Of a stretch of DNA of 64,000 nt, positions 1 to 9,579 are shown in pieces. The DNA comes from an uncultured Alphaproteobacteria bacterium. GTDB lineage: Bacteria; Pseudomonadota; Alphaproteobacteria; Rs-D84. The first letter of the stretch is position 1. Every line of letters begins with the position of its first letter. Below the pieces are notes generated by a model. That model had not been told where the DNA came from. It did not search any database and saw nothing but the letters and a program-made list of their open reading frames with translations. Location: the NCBI GenBank assembly GCA_946188105.1, contig CAMHTQ010000002.1:3357-67356 (forward strand). Reading direction: 5' to 3'. Made by a program: the position numbers and the translations under genes.

Positions 1-886
1 GGAAAGAAACATTATCTTTGCCCATAAATTCCACGTATTTGCAATCTGGATTTTTCCACCAAGAAGCCCAATCGTCAGTTGCTGCCTGTGATATAGAAAT
101 ATAACCCCATGGTGCATCAAACCAAACATAGAAAACTTTGTCTTCGAAACCTGGTTTATTAACAGGAATCCCCCACTTTAAATCACGAGTAATTGGATTA
201 TCACGCAAACCTTCATCCAACCATTTGTTTGCAATTGCAATAGCGGTTTTTGACCAACCCTGACGAGAATTAACCCATTCACGCAATTTATCTTGGATAC
301 CACTTAATTTAAAATACAGATGTTTTGTTTCACGCATTTCAACCGGTGAATTTGGATCCGTTGCACTATGTGGATTAATCAATTGATCTGGATCCAATGT
401 TGCGCCGCATTTACCGCATTCGTTTCCGTATGCACCATCGCAACCACATTTTGGACATGTGCCAATAACATAACGATCTGCCAAGAACTTTTTTTCATTT
501 ACTGAATAAGGTTGCTGTGATGATTTTTCATAAACCATGCCCAATTTATCCAGACGTTCAAACAATTCATGAATTAATTTTTCGTGCAATTTTGTATGTG
601 TGCGTCCATATAAATTAAAAGATAAATTAAAATCACGCACTGCATCCAAATGTTTTGCCCGGTATTTATCGACATATTCTTCGACAGGAATACCTTCTTT
701 TAACGCACCAACCTCAGATGGTGTGCCATGTTCATCTGAACCGCCAATATACAATACATCGCGTCCCATTGCACGACAAAAACGTGCATAAACATCCGAC
801 GGTAATAAACAGCCAATCAAATGTCCAATGTGTAAAACATTGTTCACATAAGGTAATGCCGATGTAATCAAATATTTTTGTGCCAT
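1..886 (-). CDS. metG: Methionine--tRNA ligase (5' part; runs off window start)
   Basis: Manual translation from ATG at 886: MAQKYLITSALPYVNNVLHIGHL (HIGH motif), GGSDEHGTP, Zn knuckle CPKC...CGKC; absent from the ORF track because there is no stop in the window. Confidence 0.95.
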   Translation of the reverse strand, partial: MAQKYLITSALPYVNNVLHIGHLIGCLLPSDVYARFCRAMGRDVLYIGGSDEHGTPSEVGALKEGIPVEEYVDKYRAKHLDAVRDFNLSFNLYGRTHTKLHEKLIHELFERLDKLGMVYEKSSQQPYSVNEKKFLADRYVIGTCPKCGCDGAYGNECGKCGATLDPDQLINPHSATDPNSPVEMRETKHLYFKLSGIQDKLREWVNSRQGWSKTAIAIANKWLDEGLRDNPITRDLKWGIPVNKPGFEDKVFYVWFDAPWGYISISQAATDDWASWWKNPDCKYVEFMGKDNVSF

Positions 887-907
887 AATGAACCCTTTGG
901 TTTCAAT

Positions 908-939
908 AAAAAAACGACCAATACTTTGGTCGTCTTTTT
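908..939 (-). terminator. Intrinsic terminator after tRNA-Val(GAC)
   Basis: ACGACCAA-tact-TTGGTCGT stem flanked by A and T runs. Confidence 0.65.
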
Positions 940-947
940 CGAATTTC

Positions 948-1024
948 TGGTGGGTGGTATTGGGCTCGAACCAACGACCTCCACGATGTCAACGTGACGC
1001 TCTAGCCAACTGAGCTAACCACCC
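948..1024 (-). tRNA. tRNA-Val(GAC)
   Basis: Reverse complement GGGTGGTTAGCTCAGTTGG...CACG-TT-GAC-AT-CGTG...GGTTCGAGCC...CACCCACCA; cloverleaf with encoded CCA. Confidence 0.97.
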
Positions 1025-1035
1025 AAAGCCAAACC

Positions 1036-1063
1036 ATTATAACAATAAAATTTTGATTTGCAA
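1036..1063 (-). promoter_or_regulatory. Sigma70-type promoter of tRNA-Val(GAC)
   Basis: TTGCAA-16 nt-TATAAT with extended -10 TG on the minus strand. Confidence 0.6.
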
Positions 1064-1065
1064 AT

Positions 1066-1091
1066 AAAAACTGCCCAGAATAATCTGGGCA
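1066..1091 (-). terminator. Terminator after tRNA-Val(TAC)
   Basis: TGCCCAGA/TCTGGGCA stem followed by a T run on the minus strand. Confidence 0.6.
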
Positions 1092-1111
1092 ATTTACAAA
1101 CAACCAAACGA

Positions 1112-1188
1112 TGGTGGATGTTAAGAGACTCGAACTCCTGACCCTCTGCGTGTAAAGCAGATGCTCTAGCCAACTGAGCTAAACATCC
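1112..1188 (-). tRNA. tRNA-Val(TAC)
   Basis: Reverse complement GGATGTTTAGCTCAGTTGG...TCTGC-TT-TAC-AC-GCAGA...TTCGAGT...CATCCACCA. Confidence 0.97.
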
Positions 1189-1297
1189 AACAAAGGTACT
1201 TTGATTATAGAAAAAAAAATAACATTGTCTAGTTTTTTTTATAATTTTTTCAAAGCATTAAAAAACCGGCTGTTGCCGGCTTTTTATATTAAATATT

Positions 1298-2014
1298 TTA
1301 TTCCAAAAAGTATTCAACTGTTGCCACAACACGAACCTTTTTATTTATCTGTTGTGATTCGGATTCGTTAGAATCATCACGTGGCAAAATTGAAAATACG
1401 CCCTGATTTGCAAAATGGATTTTACCAACCTTGCTATCAGATGATTTTGCAAATTCCAATGCGGCCTGACGTGCATTTTTTGTCGCCAATTCCAACATTT
1501 GTGGCTTTATCTCGTTCAATTTTGTGAATACATAAGAAACCGGAGAATTATATTGATTTTCAAACACAACCCCAGAATCAATCAAATCACCGGCCTTGGT
1601 ATATGTTTCTGCAACATTATGCACCTGGTTTGAACGAACAGTCAGTGATTTTGTTAAAATAAACCGAGATGTTACAGGATCATTTCCACGATATGGATTT
1701 GCCATCAAATCATTTGTTTCAACGCCACCTAATTCAATTTCAGAATCAGAAAATCCATTGTTATGTAAAAAGTTAATAATAGCATCTGTTTGTTTTTCCA
1801 ATTTGGTTTTTGTTTCAACCAAATTATTTCCAGTTGCGACATATTTAATATTCCAAATTGCCAAATTTGCCTCGACATCTTGTTCTGCCAATCCTTTGAC
1901 AGTGACCGAGTTATAGTTAAATTTGGAATGATAGTAATAATACCCAGGGAAAAAGCCAACAAACAGCAAACCCAAAGCAATAATCACTACATATAATGCA
2001 GATAATTTTTTCAA
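1298..2014 (-). CDS. SIMPL (DUF541) domain-containing membrane-anchored protein
   Basis: N-terminal TM; VTVKGLAEQDV.A.LA.W, ATKNAR.AA..FA..S...VG.I..A.QG.F motifs; TTG start with GGAG SD. Confidence 0.85.
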   Translation of the reverse strand: MKKLSALYVVIIALGLLFVGFFPGYYYYHSKFNYNSVTVKGLAEQDVEANLAIWNIKYVATGNNLVETKTKLEKQTDAIINFLHNNGFSDSEIELGGVETNDLMANPYRGNDPVTSRFILTKSLTVRSNQVHNVAETYTKAGDLIDSGVVFENQYNSPVSYVFTKLNEIKPQMLELATKNARQAALEFAKSSDSKVGKIHFANQGVFSILPRDDSNESESQQINKKVRVVATVEYFLE

Positions 2015-2070
2015 TTCAACTCTCCTTTGTTTTTATTTTAATCACGCACAATTTTTTATACAAGATATTT

Positions 2071-2838
2071 TTATCTGTGTTTTTGTTCCCAGGCTAATGT
2101 ATTTTTAATATATTCTGCTGCACGTTTGGGGTCAAATTTATCGTCAGTCTTTAATTTGCCTTCGGCATCAATCCATATAGCATGCGCGCCGGCAACCCGC
2201 GATATTTTTGTTAAATTTTCGGCAACATTTTCCGGTGACAGACCACCAGAATAACCTTGGTAGTGAAAATATGGATACACTGGTGCCCGCCATACACCCG
2301 CATCACGACCCGTTCCACCCGATTCATCAAATAATAAACTAAAGTTTGCACCAATTTTATGTAATTGTTGAACCGCATTTTTTGTGCGTGCATTATATTG
2401 GATAATAAAATCTTTATCTTCATAATATTCAATCAATGTTTTCAATTTATGTGCATTAAAATTGTCGGCGGTTTTTTGTGGCATATTTAATTGAATACGT
2501 TTAACAACAGGTTGCAAACGAGTCATATGTTGCTCGTACCACCTATCTGCATTAAACAATGGTTGTAATGCAACAGGTACTGTTCCATTGCAAATATCAT
2601 CACACCAATCATTATTTACATGAATTGCAAGGTTACATACGTCCTGTATTGTGATACTATCAGACATCATATCAACCAATTGTTTTATCCATTTATATCT
2701 TTCGGTGTCGGGTGAAACTTTGCCTGGATGCATTTGGACGGCGATTTCAACGCGCGGGTCCATTTTACACAAACCAAACAATTCTTCGTATGTATTATGA
2801 TTGCGTGGGTCAGAACATGTAATGTATCTTATATCCAT
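2071..2838 (-). CDS. TrpF-like (phosphoribosylanthranilate isomerase-like) TIM-barrel protein of unknown function
   Basis: LLFDESGGTG, GYSGGLSPENV and WIDAEGKL resemble TrpF C-terminal phosphate-binding motifs; N-terminal half is divergent. Confidence 0.55.
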   Translation of the reverse strand: MDIRYITCSDPRNHNTYEELFGLCKMDPRVEIAVQMHPGKVSPDTERYKWIKQLVDMMSDSITIQDVCNLAIHVNNDWCDDICNGTVPVALQPLFNADRWYEQHMTRLQPVVKRIQLNMPQKTADNFNAHKLKTLIEYYEDKDFIIQYNARTKNAVQQLHKIGANFSLLFDESGGTGRDAGVWRAPVYPYFHYQGYSGGLSPENVAENLTKISRVAGAHAIWIDAEGKLKTDDKFDPKRAAEYIKNTLAWEQKHR

Positions 2839-2840
2839 AT

Positions 2841-3938
2841 TTAATCCTTTTTGTTATTCAATCGCAACTGCCCACATGCAGAACCGATATCGGTTCCTCT
2901 CTCTCGCCTGATGCGACAATGTATTCCGTTTTTAATTAAAATATCTTGGAAACGATGGACTGCATTGCCTGATGGTGACGCAAAGTCGCGTTCGTCCACA
3001 GTGTTCCATGGAATTAAATTCACCATACAGTTTTTACCATGTAATAATTTAGATAAATCTTCTGCATATTCCGGTGTACAGTTATACAGAATTGTTTCGC
3101 CATTTTCGTCTTTTTTACCCAATAAAATGTATTCAATCATCAACTGGCGATTATGCAGATTTGTAAAATCATCAGCCGCCTTTAACACATCGGCAATTTT
3201 ATATTTATTGTTTATTGGCATAACGGTTGAACGTAAATTATCATCTGGTGCATGCAATGAAATAGCTAAATTTATCGGCCGTCCCCATTTTATCAAATCA
3301 TAAATACCTGGCACAATTCCGCATGTTGATACAGTAATTCTCCGCCAACTGATATTCAAATCGTGATTTGCGCGTTCTAAAAATCCAATAACATTTTCTG
3401 TGTTTTGTAATGGTTCACCTGTCCCCATAACAACAATATGTGAAACATCATTATTATTAGGATCGCCATTGGGTTTAATTTGTTTGTCATCTGTTGTATT
3501 ACGTAATTCCCATTGGGCAACCAGTATTTCAGAAAATATTTCGTCTGTTGTTAAATTGCGTTTTAATCCAAGTAATGTACTGGCACAAAATTTACATCCC
3601 ATTGCACAACCAGCCTGGGAACTGACGCATACAGAATTACCGTATGTTGTCCGCATCAAAACACATTCAATTTGTTCAGAATCATTTAATTCTAATAAAA
3701 ATTTGGTTGTCTCACCATCAGCAGATACTAATTTTTTTACAATTTTAACAGGCAGAGTTTGTGCCACCGCTTCCAACTTTTCACGTAATGCCAGTGGTAT
3801 GTTTTTCATAGACATAAAATCAGGTGCGCCCCGCAACAGCCAATCACGAATTTGTGCGGCCCTGAATTTAGGTTCGCCTAAATCGGTAATAAATTTTTGC
3901 AGTTCAGCATCTGTTAAAGAAAAAAGAATCTGTTTCAT
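2841..3938 (-). CDS. rlmN: 23S rRNA m2A2503 / tRNA A37 methyltransferase RlmN
   Basis: CVSSQAGCAMGCKFC radical SAM motif, MGTGEP, SLHAP, ACGQL. Confidence 0.95.
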   Translation of the reverse strand: MKQILFSLTDAELQKFITDLGEPKFRAAQIRDWLLRGAPDFMSMKNIPLALREKLEAVAQTLPVKIVKKLVSADGETTKFLLELNDSEQIECVLMRTTYGNSVCVSSQAGCAMGCKFCASTLLGLKRNLTTDEIFSEILVAQWELRNTTDDKQIKPNGDPNNNDVSHIVVMGTGEPLQNTENVIGFLERANHDLNISWRRITVSTCGIVPGIYDLIKWGRPINLAISLHAPDDNLRSTVMPINNKYKIADVLKAADDFTNLHNRQLMIEYILLGKKDENGETILYNCTPEYAEDLSKLLHGKNCMVNLIPWNTVDERDFASPSGNAVHRFQDILIKNGIHCRIRRERGTDIGSACGQLRLNNKKD

Positions 3939-4753
3939 AATTTATATCTTTCGTCTTTGATAACAACAACGGCTTTGCGTCTCAGTTGTTTTAATTGTTG
4001 TTCAGCCATAAACATTGCTTGTTTATATTCTGCATTTTGTTTAATTATTTTATTTAAATTTCCATATTCTTTTGATGTTTTAGTACTGCAAATCAAAAAC
4101 ACATCAGAATTCACAGGTTTTGACCAAGTCAAGGTTGGCAAACCCACCAAAACATCACGAATATCTGGTGCTAATTCATATTGTTTTGCAGTAAATTTTT
4201 GTGGCGAACCACCAAAATTTTCCGCCATTTTTATAGCATCATCACAGCTTTTTGGTTTTTCTAATTTATCTATAATTTCTTGTGGAATATCAATCAATCT
4301 TACCAGTGTCATATCAATTGGTAATCCGCGTTCGCGTGCTAATTCTGCTTTTTCAGCCTCGATATCTGCACTGCTGATATCAACCATTGGTAATACGGTT
4401 TTTGCAACAATAATTTGCCACGCGATGTTTGCACGTACAGCGTCCCTGGCAATTGCTTTTTCGTTTTCAGATAATGCAGGTAATCCCATACGACTCAACT
4501 CTTTATCAACATCTTTGTCGGATGGGTTAATACCAAAATTTGCCGCATAATTTAATTTAACCGTATCATCAATTATGTTTTGCAAGGCAACACGTCTGTT
4601 ATCCGTAGAAATATTTCCTTGGTATGCCATTAACTTTGTTCTGGCCGTAATATCGGCATCAGTTACCGTTTTGCCATTTATTGTTGCAACCACAGTTGTT
4701 GCATATGCTGGCAAACAAAACAAACATAACAAAGCAATAAAATATTTTTTCAT
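3935..4753 (-). CDS. surA: SurA-like periplasmic chaperone (divergent)
   Basis: Signal peptide, VATING..VT..DI..R SurA N-domain, C-terminal L..LRRKAVV; follows lptD. Confidence 0.7.
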   Translation of the reverse strand: MKKYFIALLCLFCLPAYATTVVATINGKTVTDADITARTKLMAYQGNISTDNRRVALQNIIDDTVKLNYAANFGINPSDKDVDKELSRMGLPALSENEKAIARDAVRANIAWQIIVAKTVLPMVDISSADIEAEKAELARERGLPIDMTLVRLIDIPQEIIDKLEKPKSCDDAIKMAENFGGSPQKFTAKQYELAPDIRDVLVGLPTLTWSKPVNSDVFLICSTKTSKEYGNLNKIIKQNAEYKQAMFMAEQQLKQLRRKAVVVIKDERYKL

Positions 4754-4770
4754 CTTTCTTTCCTTAAATT

Positions 4771-6783
4771 TTAGTAATCCAATCCAAATCTGAACTGGAT
4801 GGTTGCCTTTCCAGAATAATCCTGACGAACAGCATAATCACGATGATACCCCAAAGATAAGAAATAGCAAGGATGTTTATAATACAGTCCCCCAGAATGT
4901 CTTTGGAAATGATGATATGTGTTGTTATAAATTGCATTAAAATTAAAAGACAATCTTTCTGTTAATTGTATTCTTAAACCACCAACAGTTTCATTGATAT
5001 CTTGTCCTAAAAATGCCTCGTCCAGTTGTTCGGACCAAATATGTCCAACATAAACATAATTTTTACTGGTACCTAATCTGCCATCTGTTTCGATATGACG
5101 TAATACTAATGTATCACTATCTAATCTGAAACGGGAATTTAATCCTAACCAACTGCCATTATCCAAACCAACGCGTCCAACATAGTCAGATTTGCCACGG
5201 TGGAATCCGCTGTTGGGATCGGTTTCTGTTCTGGATGTAAAATCATAACTTTGTCCTAAAAACACCTCGGCAGATTGTCCGTCATCGCTGTATGTTGCCC
5301 ATCTGGCACCGTAATCAGCAAATGTTCCATTTTCCCACAAATCATAACCAGCAAAACGATTGTTTGAAAACAATGTAACATCAGATAACAAAGCGCCAAC
5401 TGAATCATTACTTGCTGCAAAAATTTCTTGGGTATTTGTGTGACGCATCACTGTCAATCTGGCGCGTGGTTCAATAATTTGTGTCCAATGTGTTCCAGGA
5501 CGGAATAAAGGCAATCCCCACTCTAAATAACCGCTTGGTAAAAATCTGTCTTTCATACCGGTAAAATCATTAGACCCGACCAAGTCATAATTTTGGAAAT
5601 TATAAACATCATATCTGGCATCTAAACTGGCGGTAATTCTGTTGCCACCCCATAATGTCCATGGCGAGACAATTCGTGCATCGCCAATGATACGTTGCAT
5701 ATTTGTATTGTCGTGTCCATCAATTCCTAAAATATCACTACTGAATACGGCATATGTTTCACGATATAGGGGTGCAGTTTGATAAACACCACGAATGTTT
5801 GGTAAAATATTTCCGTTTACGGTTGTTTCGGTGCGTTTAGCATCACGTAATTCTTGGAATATATGGGTGTCCGCCATAACATAACCAGATTGTCCAAATA
5901 ATTCAATTTCAGCCCCCGAATCCAAATATGGTTGATCATTAAAGAATCCATATTTCTGCAAATATGTTTTATCAGATGTTCTTTCCAAAGAGATATTAGC
6001 ACGTGCATATTCACCCAGTTCAATAACATCATTATTGAAAATGTGCCAACGATTTTTACCTTCTTTATTGTGTGTAAATGAACCTCTGGTTCTGTATTCA
6101 GAATGTTCTGCATTTAATCTGTGTTCTAATTGTAATAACGGATTTTCGTTTGTCAGGTATGATAAAGTTACTGTCGCATCATGATATTCAGAAAACGATA
6201 AATATACCGGCACATTGATTTGTGTTCCCATTTCGTTTGTAGAATTTAAATCAGGTATTAACAAACCACTTTTATATTTAACACCTGGGTCTGGCATAAC
6301 ATAGTATGGGAACCAAAACACTGGTAAATCATACATATACAGTATTGGACTATAAAAAGCCAAATCACGTTCTTTTAAATCATGTTTAATTTTTGTTGCA
6401 TAAATTTCCCATGCATTACCAAAAGAATCACAATCATAACATGCGGTAAATAATGCATCTTTGGCAACAGAAATATCACCATCCCTGTAAACCTCTTGGG
6501 CCTTTACATAAACATGATCACCCAACCATAACTCTATATCATTTCCAGAAATATTAGAACCTTTGTTAGAAAATTCAGAATCATTTAATTTTAATTTCTG
6601 TCCGGATTCTGTTGTGATTGTTGTGTTGCCATGTGTTGAAAATGTTGAATTTTTAACATTATACTCTATTCTGTCAGCTGTAATAGTTTTTGGTTCGTCT
6701 AAACTCAAATTCCCAGGCGATGCATACGCATACGAGCAATAAAGCATGGTAAAAAATGATAAAAATTTACTTACAGTTTTCAT
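4771..6783 (-). CDS. lptD: LPS assembly outer membrane protein LptD
   Basis: ITADRIEY, FTAC..C....W.I.A, PVFWFPY, SGLLIP, LFS.NRF.GYD.WE. Confidence 0.92.
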   Translation of the reverse strand: MKTVSKFLSFFTMLYCSYAYASPGNLSLDEPKTITADRIEYNVKNSTFSTHGNTTITTESGQKLKLNDSEFSNKGSNISGNDIELWLGDHVYVKAQEVYRDGDISVAKDALFTACYDCDSFGNAWEIYATKIKHDLKERDLAFYSPILYMYDLPVFWFPYYVMPDPGVKYKSGLLIPDLNSTNEMGTQINVPVYLSFSEYHDATVTLSYLTNENPLLQLEHRLNAEHSEYRTRGSFTHNKEGKNRWHIFNNDVIELGEYARANISLERTSDKTYLQKYGFFNDQPYLDSGAEIELFGQSGYVMADTHIFQELRDAKRTETTVNGNILPNIRGVYQTAPLYRETYAVFSSDILGIDGHDNTNMQRIIGDARIVSPWTLWGGNRITASLDARYDVYNFQNYDLVGSNDFTGMKDRFLPSGYLEWGLPLFRPGTHWTQIIEPRARLTVMRHTNTQEIFAASNDSVGALLSDVTLFSNNRFAGYDLWENGTFADYGARWATYSDDGQSAEVFLGQSYDFTSRTETDPNSGFHRGKSDYVGRVGLDNGSWLGLNSRFRLDSDTLVLRHIETDGRLGTSKNYVYVGHIWSEQLDEAFLGQDINETVGGLRIQLTERLSFNFNAIYNNTYHHFQRHSGGLYYKHPCYFLSLGYHRDYAVRQDYSGKATIQFRFGLDY

Positions 6784-7838
6784 TTTTTATGCAACACCAT
6801 TAAAACCAAACCCAAAATACCAAAAACACCAGCGGCCAGCATACCAAAATCTGACCATGTTTCTAACATATTTGTACATGTCATATAAATTGTCATAACA
6901 ATTGCCATGGACAATACCGCCAATGCAGGTGAAAAACTGGCACGACGTCTTAAAATAGATGTTTTAAGTAAAATTGTCGAACAAATAATAGCCAAAATTA
7001 AATTCATAAAAGGCATTAAAACACGATTGCTCAATTCATTAAAAACAATCTTTCTGTGTTTTTCAGAAGTTTCCTTGCCGGTATATTTCAACAAATCTGT
7101 GGTTGAAATTCTGCGAACACGAAATGAAGAACTGCTCTCTTTGGTTGCTAAATTCAAGTCCATATCAAATGTATCAAATGTACCTGTAATCATTGAATTA
7201 TTGCGGGCCTGTAAAGAACCATTTTCCATAACAATGGACATTCCGCGTGGTGTTGTAACCAATTTTCCAGTTTCTGCAAATATAGCCAATTCTGTTTTTT
7301 TATTGCGTGTATCAGACAGCATAACCTGGGATATATCGTGTCCAGAAACCTTGTCGACATACACCACTAATCCATCAGTTATGGTTGTAAATGCAGATTC
7401 TTGCAATTTCAAATGTGCCAAACCATACCGCAAATTCCATTGTGTGTCATAAAAATAACTTTGACTAACTGGAACAATCCATATATTCAAAATTAAATTC
7501 AAAGCGGTTAAAATCCCTGCAAACCACATCGCAGGTCTGGCCAGTTGCCACGGTGATAAACCCGATGCCATCATCACAGATATTTCATTATCAGAAATAC
7601 TTTTATTATATACGAAAATAACAGCAATAAATGTTACAAAAGGAACGATAATAGATACAATAAACGGTATCAATAATGCAATCAAACCAATAAAACTGCC
7701 GAAATTTACACCATAATTTAATAATAACTTCATCATCGCCATAACCTGCATGGTCCATGCCAGACCAGTCAGAATTAACAGCAACATAACAAATATAGCA
7801 ACTAATTGCTTTGAAAAATACTTGTTTATAATACCCAT
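6780..7838 (-). CDS. LptF/LptG family LPS export permease (probable start 7838)
   Basis: Multi-TM protein with D.EI.VM.ASGLSPWQLARP motif, periplasmic beta domain, upstream of lptD. Confidence 0.85.
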   Translation of the reverse strand: MGIINKYFSKQLVAIFVMLLLILTGLAWTMQVMAMMKLLLNYGVNFGSFIGLIALLIPFIVSIIVPFVTFIAVIFVYNKSISDNEISVMMASGLSPWQLARPAMWFAGILTALNLILNIWIVPVSQSYFYDTQWNLRYGLAHLKLQESAFTTITDGLVVYVDKVSGHDISQVMLSDTRNKKTELAIFAETGKLVTTPRGMSIVMENGSLQARNNSMITGTFDTFDMDLNLATKESSSSFRVRRISTTDLLKYTGKETSEKHRKIVFNELSNRVLMPFMNLILAIICSTILLKTSILRRRASFSPALAVLSMAIVMTIYMTCTNMLETWSDFGMLAAGVFGILGLVLMVLHKK

Positions 7839-7958
7839 AATACAGAGTATAAAGCCCAAAATACAACCCGTCAAATTATTTATAATATAATAATAATTTT
7901 TCTTGCAATTGTTAAAAACAATGTCATAATACAAATGTTCTTAAAAAATAAGTTTTTT

Positions 7959-7988
7959 AAGGGCGGGGTTGGAAAACCCCGCCCTTTT
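7959..7988 (+). promoter_or_regulatory. GC-rich leader hairpin / possible attenuator upstream of nusA
   Basis: AAGGGCGGGGTT-GGAA-AACCCCGCCCTT perfect 12-bp stem followed by a short T run. Confidence 0.55.
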
Positions 7989-8016
7989 AATAAAAATAAC
8001 AACACAGGAGAAAAAA

Positions 8017-9552
8017 ATGGCGTTTGTTTCTATGCCCCGTCAGGATTTATTGGAAAGTATTAAATCTTTGGCCGAAGAAAAAAATATTGATAAAGAGATT
8101 GTTTTTGAATCTTTGGAAATTGCTATTTCTAAAATTGCAAAACATAAATACGGCGAAGAGTTTAATATCACTGCATCTATTGATCGTAAAAACGGTGCAA
8201 TTCACACTCAACGTTTGTTCGAGGTTATTGAATCACCTGAAGACAAGGGTGATGATTATGATCCAAATACAATGTTGACTGTTGAACAGGCAAAAAAATA
8301 CGCAGAAAACCCTGTGGTTGGCGATACTGTGGTTGACCCATTACCAGAACCAGAATTCGGTCGTGTTGCATTCCAAACTGCACGTCAAATAATGATTGGT
8401 CGTGTTCGTGATGCAGAAAAAGGTCAACAATACGAAGAATTCAAAGACGAGGTTGGCACAATTATCAACGGTGTTGTAAAACGTTTGGAATTCGGCAATG
8501 TATATGTTGATATAAACAATGGCAAGGCCGAAGGTTATATTAAAAATACAGAAATTATCCCAGGCGAACGTTTGGGCGTTGGCGATCGTATTCGTGCATT
8601 GATTATGGATGTAGAACGTTCAAATACTGGCCCACAAATTCATCTGACACGCAGCCATAATATGTTTATGGAAAAATTGTTTGTCCAAGAAGTGCCAGAA
8701 ATATACGAAGGAATTATTAAAATTAAATCTGTGGCACGTGCCCCAGGTTCTCATGCAAAAATTGCCGTAGAAACCCAAGATCCATCTGTTGATGCTGTTG
8801 GTATGACGGTTGGTATCAAAGGAACACGTATTCAACCTGTGATAAACGAATGTCATGGTGAAAAAATTGATGTTATTTTGTATTCCGAAGACCCAGCTGT
8901 ATTTATCGTAAATGCGATGCAACCAGCCAAGGTGGCAAAAATCATTATTGATGAAGATAAACACAAGGCATTTGTGGTTGTAAATCCTGATCAACAATCT
9001 TTGGCAATTGGTCGTCGTGGTCAAAATGTCCGCTTGGCTTCTCAATTAACAGGTTGGGATATCGATGTGTTAAGTGAAGAACAAGAACAAGAACGTCGTA
9101 CAAAAGAAACCAAAGAAAAGACAGAATTGTTCACTCGTGGTTTGGACGTTGATGAAATGATTGCACAAATCTTGATAAACGAAGGTTTCAGAACAATCGA
9201 AGAAATTGCTTTTGTTGATATCAAAGAATTGGAATCTGTCGAAGGATTTGATGCAGATTTGGCGGCAGAATTACAAAAACGTGCAAAAGATTATTTGAAC
9301 AAACAAGAACAAGACTACCGTGACCAAGGTCATGCAATTGGTATCAGTGATGACTTGCTGGACTTTTCATTCGTGAAACATCCAATTATCATGAAATTGG
9401 GCGAGGCAGGAATCAAAACATTGGCTGATTTAGCAGATTTGGCAACTGATGAATTGGTTGAAATTTTGGGCGAAGACACAATGTCTGCTCGGTTGGCTGG
9501 TCGTGTCATTATGAAGGCACGTGAATTGGCTTATAACATTACCGAGGACTAA
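8017..9552 (+). CDS. nusA: Transcription termination factor NusA
   Basis: FGRVAFQTARQ, S1 and KH domains, LAIGRRGQNVRLASQLTGW; start 8017 with GGAG SD. Confidence 0.97.
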   Translation: MAFVSMPRQDLLESIKSLAEEKNIDKEIVFESLEIAISKIAKHKYGEEFNITASIDRKNGAIHTQRLFEVIESPEDKGDDYDPNTMLTVEQAKKYAENPVVGDTVVDPLPEPEFGRVAFQTARQIMIGRVRDAEKGQQYEEFKDEVGTIINGVVKRLEFGNVYVDINNGKAEGYIKNTEIIPGERLGVGDRIRALIMDVERSNTGPQIHLTRSHNMFMEKLFVQEVPEIYEGIIKIKSVARAPGSHAKIAVETQDPSVDAVGMTVGIKGTRIQPVINECHGEKIDVILYSEDPAVFIVNAMQPAKVAKIIIDEDKHKAFVVVNPDQQSLAIGRRGQNVRLASQLTGWDIDVLSEEQEQERRTKETKEKTELFTRGLDVDEMIAQILINEGFRTIEEIAFVDIKELESVEGFDADLAAELQKRAKDYLNKQEQDYRDQGHAIGISDDLLDFSFVKHPIIMKLGEAGIKTLADLADLATDELVEILGEDTMSARLAGRVIMKARELAYNITED

Positions 9553-9579
9553 TCTTTAAAATATAAAGGAACAAAATTA

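Noticed and set aside
948-1188. tRNA pair as an integration site
   Set aside because: No duplicated tRNA 3' end or integrase seen; the two tRNAs are different Val isoacceptors
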